Notes under the pieces: generated by a model
Database searches by the model: none
What the model saw: the letters and a program-made list of their open reading frames with translations, nothing else
Told to the model about the DNA's origin: nothing
Made by a program: the position numbers and the translations under genes
Part shown: one piece after another, positions 1-10,595 of the stretch
Layout: every line of letters starts with the position of its first letter
How positions within the stretch are numbered: position 1 is the stretch's first letter
Source of the DNA: Octopus vulgaris
Lineage: Eukaryota
Assembly (NCBI GenBank): GCA_951406725.2
Contig: OX597819.1
Coordinates: 40,238,001 to 40,302,000 of the forward strand
Length of the DNA: 64,000 bases
Direction of reading: 5' to 3'

Positions 1-87
1 TCACGAATAGGTCATCGTTCATTTTAATTTGCAGCGAATAAATGAACTGGCAGTCCAACTTGAATGAAAAATTATTCAGTAAAATAA
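1..87 (-). CDS. Putative exon 2 of an unidentified divergent gene (runs off the window)
   Basis: Minus-strand acceptor tttgttttgttttgacag ends at 88. It is phase-compatible with the exon at 494-530 and open to the window edge: (V)ILLNNFSFKLDCQFIYSLQIKMNDDLFV. Confidence 0.4.
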
Positions 88-493
88 CTGTCAAAACAAA
101 ACAAATGATGTGAAGTGATAGACACACATACTGTTATGAACATTATGAAAAACATGGGAAGATTTCGTACTATACACTTCAGAATGTTTTAGTCTATTAC
201 TTTCACTTATTCTCGCCAAATAACAAAATAATACAAACAGTTCTTGGATCTCTTTTAATACACTCCTTTTCAAATAGGAAAACATGCTGAAGAAGCTTCT
301 CGCCGTGACAAAAGAAAAACAAAAATTTGAAATGAGACACTAGATTTTACGTTGGTGAAATATATTTTGGTTTATGTATGTATATATAAATATCTTGGCT
401 CAAACATTTTAGTTACTTCTGTAGTTTTCTCAGTTAATAAAATATTGTGTGTATATATATAGAGAGAAAGAAGCTAAAAATGCCGTTCTTTAC

Positions 494-530
494 CTTGACT
501 AGGATGAACAGGGACTCGAGAAGAAGCCAT
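494..530 (-). CDS. Putative first coding exon of an unidentified divergent gene (MASSRVPVHPSQ)
   Basis: Minus strand reads agcATGg, then 12 codons + 1 nt, then donor CAAG|gtaaag. Context is CpG-containing with an upstream CGGAAGTG motif. Confidence 0.45.
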
Positions 531-554
531 GCTTGGGAAATACGAACATACACA

Positions 555-695
555 AATTCACTTCCGTCAATTTATGGAACCGCAGTAACGATGTTGTGAT
601 GTTTATTGGATATAATTGAGAATATTATTTTTTAAAATCTGACATCAAACAAACATTTTTTTAAAAATTACACACAATTATTTGACTTCCGTAAT
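555..695 (-). promoter_or_regulatory. Candidate promoter with two ETS-like CGGAAGT motifs
   Basis: cacttccg at about 558-565 and gacttccg at about 684-691, upstream of the minus-strand ATG at 530. Confidence 0.35.
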
Positions 696-2711
696 TTAAA
701 GAAATTATTTCTTTTATATTTTACATGTCCATAAAACTTCAGATTTTTAAGAGAGGAAATGGGATTTTGTGAGGTTGTAATTAGTGAAAGGAATTGTCTG
801 TAAAAATTGGAAATGGGTCGTATGTCATGAATAATAGTAATAACGAAGACAAATTTGTTACTTCTTTTGTCGGCAACGCTTATATATTTTATTTATCACG
901 CATTTTGTTGATTTGGTTTTCAAGCTTTTAGTAGTTTTTTTTTTTTTTTTCTTATCTTAACCCTATGTAACTCTCCGTTTGTGACAAAATGATTTGAAAA
1001 TATAAATATTAGTGCACTATTCCAGAAGAAACAATACTCCGAAGACATTTTTCCCACCTAAAAACTATTTGTGAATGGAACCAAACACTTCAACAGTAAA
1101 ATATAAATATAAGTTATAAAATAATAAAATTAACGAACATGAATGGCAGTGGAGACGTGCTGAAAACTAAGTAAGAGAATGGGAATCTCGCAAAATTTAA
1201 GTGTTAGTGCTTAGTTTTGGTTTCAAGATGAAATAAATTTCTTCGTGGGCGGAAAAAATTTAACATTTGTTTTTCCATGCCATTATGACTCAGACAGAAA
1301 TTAATTTCGATGCAGGATTCTACGGCTAGATACCCCTCCTGCCGCCAATTTTCACCCGTGATTTTTTCTTTTCTTTTTTTTTTCCTGTCAAGTAAGGGAT
1401 TAGAATTCCCCACAGGATATCAGGTAACATTCTAAGAAAACAGAAATTACTGCTGGAACAATATTTCGAACGGGTCGATATACTTAATTAGGTATAAGGA
1501 CTCGTTAGAAATGGCAGTCAAATCTCCTTCAAATTACACCCTACTGTCTTGAAAAAGATGGAAACATTCCATAATGTAGTTCTAGATACATAATGTCTGA
1601 AGTAGAGCAGTCTGGCATGCCTTTGGTTTGCTTAGTCATAAGTTTATTGTCGGTGACTTTCTGTTCTGTATGCAGATCCTGTCAAGGCTAACTTTGCCTC
1701 TCATCCTTTCAGTGTTGATAAATAATGCACCAGCATAGGTTAATGGACTGGTGGGAATAATAAAGAATCAGATGAACTGCCTTGCAATTTGTTCTAGTTC
1801 TTTATGTTCTGAGTTCAAATCTTGGAATGGCCTACTTGGATGGTAGACTTAATCCTTCACCTAGTTTAACTCTATTAAATGGTCCTTGTATGCCTTTAGG
1901 AGTATCTACTCCCTTGCAAGCATTCAAGTCCACAGCTGAGTTCACTTTCATCTCTCCCTTCTCACTAGTCTCAGAGGCCCTGCAGAAGAGACATAAGCAC
2001 TGTCTTCTCTCCTGAGCAAGAGATAAAAACAAAAAAAAATCTGGGCCGACCCAGGACCATCTTAAGAGTATTCGAAGCCTGTATGCAAAGCAATCTACTG
2101 GGTGTCTATCATATTCAGTGATCACAAGCCATGGGGCACAAAGATTAGCATTGAGCCTCTTAACTCATGGGGCTCCCATGCAACTACACAATATGCCCAT
2201 GTTTTAAGATGGCACTGGACTGACCTGAATCTCAACAACAACAAAATATTTTCAATCATTTTGAACTTAGCAGCCTATTAACTGAAAATAGCCCAATATC
2301 TAATTGGTCATTTCATACCTAGGATATTTGAAAATGTGAAATGAAGTAACAGCCCAGATACAAATAAAAAGTGTGTTATGAATCTGAATTTAAAACATGA
2401 GCTAACAGCCAATTATCTTACCTACTCTTCTTCATGGTCCTGTTCTAGGTTTACGTAATGGTGTAACTTTTACAAGCCTTGTCACAACTTCAGTTAATAT
2501 CATGGTTCAGTAGAATAACTGTGCAGTGTGACTAATTATAAGCATCTGAATTAGGTGTAGATATGACTGTGTGGTAAGAAGTTTGCTTCTTGGCCACATG
2601 GTTTTGGGTTTAGTCCCACTGTGGCACCCTGAGCAAGTGTTTTCTACTATAGCCCTTAGATGACCAAAGTCTTGTGAGTGAATTTAGAAGACGATGATGA
2701 TAACTGAAAGA

Positions 2712-3340
2712 TATAAGGTGCGTTAAAAAAGTATTGAGACTTTTTCAGGAAAGACATTTATTAATTCCAAAGAAGTACAAAACTCTAATCCCATTCAAAG
2801 TAGGATCCTCTGATTTCAATGCACTTCTTGTAGTGCTCCAGCCTTATGGAAATCCTCCAAAGTGAAGGTGTCCAGGACCCTTGTTACAGACTCCTCTCCT
2901 TCATCTTCAACTTCAGGATCAAGCAAAAGTAACAGGGAACAACATCCTGACTGTAAGGAGGGTGAACGACGTTTTTGATATCTGTCTCTGTCAAGTAGTT
3001 GGTTACTAAAATGGAAATTGTGGACTGGTGCATTGCCCTGATGCAGGTGCCCTCACCTTTCATGATGAAATTGCTTTTTGAACTCCCTCAAAACTTCCAC
3101 AAAGTACTCTTGGTTGTCCATCTGGCCAGAGGGAACCTAGGGGATGTAGATGATACCCTTGATGTCAAAGAAGGGGATTATCATGATCTTCCAGATGGAC
3201 TTGCTTTGCCTCATGGACTTTGCTTTGCCAATGAAAAATAGATACTTAGCTCATACATCTTAATTGATAAGCATTCCAGAGCATTTTATAAGTTTCAGAA
3301 GCATTTTTGTCCAGTTTAACTTTATTGCATAGCAAACTTC
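2712..3340 (-). mobile_element. Degenerate mariner transposase 3' fragment
   Basis: Minus-strand HQGNAPVH, HPPYSQDVVPCYFCLILKLK (YSPDLAP motif) and YKKCIEIRGSYFEWD*. Confidence 0.75.
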
Positions 3341-4193
3341 CAAATTGCTTTTAGATCCCTCAAAATCACTGGCCTTATGCTTAAATTAAAATTAATTATT
3401 ACTAAGGAAAATTAAGCCCTCTGGAGTGAGGTGTTTCCTGTTAGTTCATGTAATATGTTATCTCAATTCTTTTTGGAGGATAGGTGTCTTAATATATAGG
3501 ATGAAATTGTCCAATTTGTCTTTTCGTTATTTAAGATAGTAGGATATTATCTCAAGAAAATTTAGCTGCTATTTCTTGGAGGTTGAACAACTGCACAAAG
3601 ACCTTTCTTCATTGATTTGAAATAAATTTTTTAATTCACACAAGATCAATTTTGATTGAACAGACCATTGATGGAAGTCGTTCCAGTTATGACTATCTCA
3701 TCTTTTTTGTATATGAGGAACTACATTATCCAGTATATTCTTTATTTAAGACAGTTGAGTATGATTTTGTTGAAGAGTTCGTTGCTATTTCCAATAGGTT
3801 GAATGACTATGTGAAAAGTCTCTTGTTGAACACAGAGACCAGTATTTTAAACGTTACATCTTTAAAGGGAAATTACTTTGAAACATTTTAACACGAGTCA
3901 TTACCCTTGACTTGTTTTCTCAAAGCTAAGGTCTATGTATTTCTAAGAATTCCTAATTTCATTAGATCTTCCATCTCAGTTCAAGAACCATTCCTGCCAC
4001 GCCCTTTTCATACTCAGATATACATATTACATTCCATAAGTTCATCAGATTCTTATAGCAATAATCAAATACTTCCTTACATACACACATAGAGGCTGTT
4101 GTAAAGGTACAATAAGCAAAGACGAAAAATAGTGCATCTGTTGGTCTGATGTAGTGGGTTGCTGAGTTGATCAGCAATGAGGTATGCAGTTAA

Positions 4194-4395
4194 GGCGGCG
4201 AGCTGGTAGAAACGTTAGCACGCCAGGCGACATGCGTAGCCACATTTCGTCTGCCGTTACATTCTGAGTTCAAATTCCGCCGAGGTCGACTTTGCCTTTC
4301 ATCCTTCTGGGGTTGATAAATTAAGTACCAGTTATGCACTGGGGTCGATGTAATCGACTTAATCCGTTTGTCCCCTCTGTGGGTAGTAAAGAAAT
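4194..4395 (+). mobile_element. tRNA-derived SINE (family S2) with 14-bp TSD
   Basis: Head with B-box-like gagttcaaattcc and core gcctttcatccttctggggttgataaa. TSD aggtatgcagttaa at 4180-4193 and 4396-4409. Confidence 0.85.
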
Positions 4396-4549
4396 AGGTA
4401 TGCAGTTAATTAATGAATTCATTCATTCAAAGAAAACAGTGCATCTGCAGGCCAGAAGTTGTAGTTTATTTGTGATTGAGTCTTTGCCAATCAGATAAAT
4501 AGCTTTTTTTTTTAATGCATTTGTGGATGTTTTTTAGTGTCAAGCAGTG

Positions 4550-5120
4550 TTATCATCCCAAATGCAACTTTTGGAAAGAGTCAGCAACTAATGAGGGCTG
4601 AAGTAGCTTCCTGGGTCTGACACGTTTGTAGATACTCCCAGACTTGAGAGATTGATATAGTTGATGTCCAGCTTGGGCAGGTCTATAGGAAAATGTTGGC
4701 ACAGTGGAAATTCCAAGAGGGACATTGTTCTAGACAGCTGCCACAATAAATACTTGGCAAACTGGTTATGGAATCTGAGATACGAGTAAGACTGATTAAA
4801 GATGAAATAGATATATGGAAGGTTTGGATTTGGATAGAGTATCCAGTTAGCTAGTTCAGAGGAGCAGAGGTGTCTTAGTAGCAGCTGAAGAGAGAGATTA
4901 AAACTTGTTTTGTGATGGAATGCTCACCAGTCAATGGAATGGTTTTCCTTTGGATGCAGTATAGGATGTGTAGTGTCTGTAACAGTAATAACACTACTCC
5001 ATAGATGGGGAAAGTACTCTACCATGGGTCTTACCCGGAATTTATAGAAGGTTAGTAATTGAACAGCAATGGGGTATTTCTTGCCCTTAAAGAGGAATTC
5101 CAGCCATTATGATATGGTTT
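4550..5120 (-). mobile_element. Ancient LINE relic, post-RT region
   Basis: Minus-strand QLLTFYKFRVRPMVEYFPHLWSS...CIQRKTI resembles the LYK..RP..EY..W motif of CR1/L2-group ORF2. Confidence 0.6.
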
Positions 5121-5121
5121 T

Positions 5122-6730
5122 AATAATAATAATAATAATGGCATTATTGTATACAGTGCTCAGGTGCACCACAACTTGTTAAAAGTGCGTATAAAGCATA
5201 TGCAGTAATGTACAAATGTCTGGAAAGCGAACTGTGTATGAGTAATATACATGCTTGCGTGTGTATGGAGGGGAGAAAATCAGGTGTAGTGTTGGCGAAT
5301 CTCAGGAAGCATGGAAGTTTTGAAGGATGCAGTGCTCCGACAACTAACAACTGATGCCGGCAGTTTGTTCTATGCTTCAGAGACTCTTAGCGTGAAAAAA
5401 TGTTTCCAAAAGTCATGGGAGCTGTGCTGTTTTCTGACTTTGTAAACATGTCCACGGGTGTTAGACAGGTGGAGTTTGAAAAGGTGCTCAGAGTTATTGT
5501 TTTTAAGATGTTTAATAATTTTATGGCTGTCTGCCAAGTCAGCTGCCAGACGTCGGAGTTTCAATGTGTCCAGGCCCGGGGAAGTAAGGCGTTCAGAATG
5601 CCTGATGAAGGGTATTCTCTTGGTTGCACATCACTGAACGGCTTCCAGACGATTAATATCCTGAGCATGATAGGGTTCCAGACCGGTGATGCAAATTCCC
5701 GGTGAGGTCATACCATAGCTATATAAAGCCGGAGAGCGGCTCACAAAGGACTTGGTGAGTGATACCAAGACACCTTTAGCCTTTTTGGCAATTTTAGTGA
5801 TGTGTTTTGTCCAACGCAAATCATGTTCACAAGATTTTTTGAGATTAGTGTTGTGGAGGGAGTAAGTAGATGCTGGGTTTTTCCTCCCAAAATGCATGGT
5901 TGTACATTTGTCCACAGCAGCTTGAGTTGCCAGTCCATGATCCACTGCTGCATTGTGTCCAGGTCTGATTGCAATAGAAATCTATAGTGTACAGGATCTG
6001 ACCTCTTTATTTCGAGGTACAGCTTGATGTCATTTGCATATTTCAGCACTGTGGCATTCTTTAAGTTGGCATCTATGTCATTAACATATACAACAAATAA
6101 AAGGGGCCAAGAACAGATCCTTGTGGTACACCAGATGTCATCTCATAGGGTGAAGAGTGCTGTCCTAGAACTGTGACAACCTCTTTTCGGCCGATAATAA
6201 AGGACTTCAACTAGCTATAGAGATCGTTTCTTACACCCATCACAGAGAGTTTCACCATAAGTCTTTTGTTTGGCACAGAGTTAAAAGCCTTAGCAAAGTC
6301 CAGGTAAACAGCATCCACCCAGGATCCGCGATCAGTGATTTGGGTAATGTCCTCAAGAAACTCGATGAGTTGATTACAGCAGCTGGAGTTAGGAATAAAA
6401 CCAACTTGTGATGGCTGGATGAGGCTGTGAGACTTCCAGATGTTCCAGAGGGTTTCTCTGACACAGGATTCCATCAGTTTGGTGATGCAGCTAGTAAGAC
6501 TAATGGGGTGATAGTTGACAGGCGATGTGCGGTCACCTTTTTTGAACAGAGGGATAACAATGGCAGTTTTCCACTGCTCTGGAGTAACACCATTGTCAAG
6601 ACAGAATTGAAAGAATAGTGAAAGTTGGTTTAGAAGAAAGTACCCAGCGCGTTTGAGAAGTAGGTATGTAACACCATTGAGACCAAGAGAGGCATAGTTA
6701 CGTTTATTAATTTGGAATATCATATTCATG
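5122..6730 (-). mobile_element. 5'-truncated CR1-group LINE (decayed reverse transcriptase)
   Basis: WKTAIVIPLFKKGD, VYLDFAKAF, SGVPQGSVLGP, KYANDIKLY (YADD) and TRGHVYK, with frameshifts. (TAA)n tail at about 5122-5139. Confidence 0.9.
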
Positions 6731-6759
6731 GATTTGGAATATTATATTCATGGATTTAT

Positions 6760-7460
6760 CATAAGGGATTGAGAGCCAAGCTTCTGTGGCGACTTTGAAG
6801 GGTTATTTGTATGTCATTCAAAGTTATAATACTATTTCTGCTTGCTGACAGACACACACAGTTTCTTCTCTTTCCTTCTATCTCAACAACCTCTGCGTTT
6901 CTTGAATTAGATTCTCAAGTTCTCTGTTCATGAAGGTAATGCAAGTTTGCTATAAAGTATCTAAGATGTTGACAGTACCTGTATGTAGAATATCAAGGAA
7001 GAGTGAAGGGTGGTATTATATTCACAGATGTGAGTATTGTTAGAGGTAACAATAGACAAGTTGTTAATGAATTGAAAGTTGATGATTAGCTTTAACATCT
7101 GTGTGGAAAACAACAAAAACTTAAAAAGATCCCTCATAAGGATACATTACAATAGTGCAGTCTGACAAGAATCACCCATTCTAAGAGCTGTGAGACATAT
7201 AACCCACAGACTGGCAGATTAAGCATGTGATTCTCATGCCTGAAATAGTTAAAGACTTTACTGATATCAAGTGCGATGACATTGTTTTTGTTGAATTTGT
7301 CAAAAGCAATAGATTTCTGTAGCATAACCTAAAAAAGATTGTAGATATGACTCTATGGATTCCCAACGAAGGAGACAGACTCCAGGTGTTTTGGAGGTGA
7401 ATGTTTCTATCATTTTTGACATGTTGGAAGCGTATGGTGGTTATTGTCACAGAGTGTACA
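6760..7460 (-). mobile_element. Ancient LINE RT relic, probably the same element as 4550-5120
   Basis: IALDISKVF and FINNLSIVTSNNTHICEYNTTLHSS (degenerate FINDL...YADDSTLHSS). Confidence 0.65.
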
Positions 7461-7649
7461 TTGCACTATCATACTAAACTTCTTATTCTGCTAATAGCAT
7501 TACTAAAAAAATATAATTAAACTTTGTTTCTGAGTGCGCGGCATTAAATTTGAAAACAAATTATGATCAGATTGCATCACGATGTTAAAACAACAGAATT
7601 ATCATAAAGAAAATCAATTTACATTAATAGTTTTCCAGCAAGTTGGTTC

Positions 7650-7860
7650 TAAAATTTGGCACATGGCCAGCAATTTTGGGGGTGTCAGTAAGTCGGTTAC
7701 ATTGACTCCAGTAGTCAATTGGTACTTATTTTATTAACTCTGAAATGATGAAAGACAAAGTTGACCTCAGCTGAATTTGAATCCAGAACTTAAAGACAGA
7801 CGAAATGCCATTAAGCATTTTGTCCTGCATGCTAATGATTCTGCCAACACACCACCTCAC
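7650..7860 (-). mobile_element. SINE family S2 copy
   Basis: Reverse complement of the head and core seen at 4194-4395. Confidence 0.75.
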
Positions 7861-7944
7861 AGTTTTCCTGCAAGTTAATAGACAACATAATAATCACAGA
7901 ATGTGTGCTAGTGGACTGTCACATCTCTATTTAGTCATTCTTCC

Positions 7945-8232
7945 GTTATTATCACCGTGATCACCATGACTGACCAGGTTCTCAGATGTTGCTACACATC
8001 ACTGGTCACAATGCGCTTCGCATTGTTTTAGCCTTCAAATGACGGCACCCCGCTGGCTAAGCGAGCAGGCCAACAGAAGAAAGAGTGAGAGAAAGTTGTG
8101 GTAAAAGAGTACAGCAGGGATCACCACCATCCCCTGCTGGAGCTTTAGCTGTTTTTGCTCAATAAACATACACAACGCCTGGTCTGGGAATCGAAACTGT
8201 GATCTTACAACCGCGAGTCCATTGCGCCTCCA
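7945..8232 (-). mobile_element. tRNA-derived SINE family S3 (tail type a)
   Basis: Head tggaggcgcaatgg...gtttcgattcccagacc shared with the copies at 14138 and 27323. Confidence 0.8.
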
Positions 8233-10089
8233 CACTTCCTCTATTATATCATCCATAAAGTGCCATTTCCTGATACAACTAGCTATGGATTGTGTGTTGT
8301 GCTATCTCAGAACAACTGTCACAATATTTAATGATTACATTATTGAGCGACTACATTATTTATGACAAATTTCCCATCCTTCAGAGAGCGCATCCAGAAT
8401 ATACATTCCAGGTTAGAAGTGAGAGCGATAAGTTGATAACTGACAGGATCCGAAACAGTGTTCTTCTTGGAATAGGTGCAATACACAGTAGTATACTTCC
8501 AAAGACTGGTATGAATTTCTGTAGAGAGGGAAAATTTTGTAGAATTTGTCAAGAATAGTGGCTTGTTCTGGATGGCACTATTTTGGGATAGAAAGGACAT
8601 TGTCGGAATCAGCGGCTTTGATCAACTGGAATTGTTTTCACATTTGGTGTGTACTCATATGAAGAGATGATACTGGTGGAGAGGAAATGTATTTTGGAGG
8701 AATTTCATTGAATGTGCACATTGTTGGGTTAATAGCAAAACGGTCAGTGTATGTAAGAACTCTTTTTGCAGAACAGCCTAAAGTATGTACAATTATATAC
8801 ATTTTTATTTGTGTTTATTATCTTTTGTATAAAGATATATAAACTCTTCCATTGATATTTCTATAGTCATGGATATGTTGTAGCCAAATTTACAACATTG
8901 CAAAAGTTGGCAAAATAATTTTTAAATGATTTCCTAAAAGTAACACAAATGGTTAAATTTTAGAAATTTAAACATTGTTGGCCATTTATTTTAATCATTT
9001 CTGATTTATTTATCATAGAATGATATACAAAGGCATTCATTACATAGGAGATTATGTCTTCTAAGTAATGGCCTTTAGTATAGAAAACTCATCTTAATAA
9101 CTAAATCCCTAATACAAGGCAGAGTAGGGAGAACTCTTCATTACCTTTCTTGTGCCTGTGACATGACAAAATGTATCTGGTCTACAGTGTAGTATGGAAA
9201 GAGCATTCAGTAAAAACCATACAGGAAACATGACAAATACAACTGATGATGATAATGTTATCAAAAAATTAGAAGCATCAATTAATAAAAAAGAATAATT
9301 TTTTTTATTCATACAAGGGTTATTTTCTACACAAATTTTATTGTCCACCTTGATGTTGCTATGTCATTACCTTTAACAGTTATTTGAGAAACATTTGCTA
9401 TTTACGTGCTATAAAGGCAGAAGTAAATATACTTTGGCTGTTTCGCTTATTTTTTTGTATGTTTTACTACATAAATGTCGCCAACTATCTACCTTGAGTA
9501 ATTACTAACGGTATGTGCCTGGTATTAAGTTATATATGTTGCCTTTCGATTTTCCTGTGACGGCATATTGGTAAAATCGATAGAACGCCGGTCGGAAGTT
9601 CCTGCTAATATTTTGTTACAGCTCTGTACGTTTTGAGTTCAAATCCTGCCACCGTTAACCTTCTTTGCATTAAATTCATTAAAGAAGTTGTCAACCACTG
9701 AAGTCAATTTATAATTTTGTAATGCAATGGAGTTGCGAATAGAATCATAAAAAAAAAAAAAGAAATGTGACTCGGTTTAAGAGACTAACTGTGTCTGCAT
9801 AACATCGGTCAAATCTCTGTTCTGCACAATATTTTTAACAGGGTTTGACATGGAGGAATAAGTAAGCGTCCAACGACCCGGAAAAAATTTTGAGTAAATC
9901 ATTGTTGCAAAGTATAAAGTCTAGCTCTTTTACTATCTATACCGACTCGACTGCCCAAATTTTATATCAATATTTACAAATTCCTAACTTATATTTCTTC
10001 TAAAAATCATCCCAACTGTATAAGAATTGAATAGTAATCGCTTGTAAATTCGGACAAAAGATTTCGAGGTTTATTGCTTCTCTCGCGGC

Positions 10090-10284
10090 TAAGTTCACCT
10101 TCGGTCAGCTGAGTGGTTTAATTTCATACATTCCCCCCACTCTCCCACACTGAGACACTATTTTTAATTTTATCCAATAGAAATTGAGAATGGCCGTTAC
10201 TGCATTATTGTTCCGATACCACTATGGCAGCTCGGTCTGCTTTCGGCAGTGTTATAGTGTAACTTTTTAACTGCGCATTGGTAA
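10090..10284 (+). promoter_or_regulatory. Probable INTS2 promoter / 5' UTR
   Basis: CpG retained relative to the introns. CCAAT at 10174-10178, a YY1-like aatggc at about 10189 and reverse ATTGG at about 10277. Confidence 0.4.
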
Positions 10285-10595
10285 ATGGATATACCTAAAG
10301 CCGTTACAATGGATTCCCCATCTTCTCCCGTCGATCCTGATATTTTCCAGGCGATGCAAAATGTCGACGTGAATTGTTTATCTCGCATGAGCGAGTCAAA
10401 GTTAAGACCCGTGTTGCCGGCTCTTGTCCGCATGGCGCTCTGTAAATCTGTCGATACGAGCGAAGCTTGGGCAACCTCGCGTAAAACAGTTCTCAATATT
10501 CTCTCGAATTTTGATGTAGTTAACGGACTTGTAGCCCTTTTATCTATCGATTTTCATTCGCTTGAACAAGACGTGAAAAAAGAACAAAATCTTCG
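10285..10595 (+). CDS. INTS2: INTS2 coding exon 1
   Basis: MDIPKAVTM...KKEQNLR; donor CG|gtgagt, phase 2. Confidence 0.92.

Noticed and set aside
1200-1430. CpG-containing patch with GGGCGGAAAA and cag|gtaaca as a non-coding first exon of INTS2
   Set aside because: Possible, but the motifs are short and nothing in the sequence links it to 10285.
6211-6729. 172-aa RT ORF as an active retroelement or retron-like system
   Set aside because: It is part of a truncated, frameshifted CR1-group LINE whose YADD motif has decayed to YAND.
9193-9298. Short + strand ORF MERAFSKNHTG...KKE* as a terminal exon
   Set aside because: No recognisable homology and no upstream exons to link it to.
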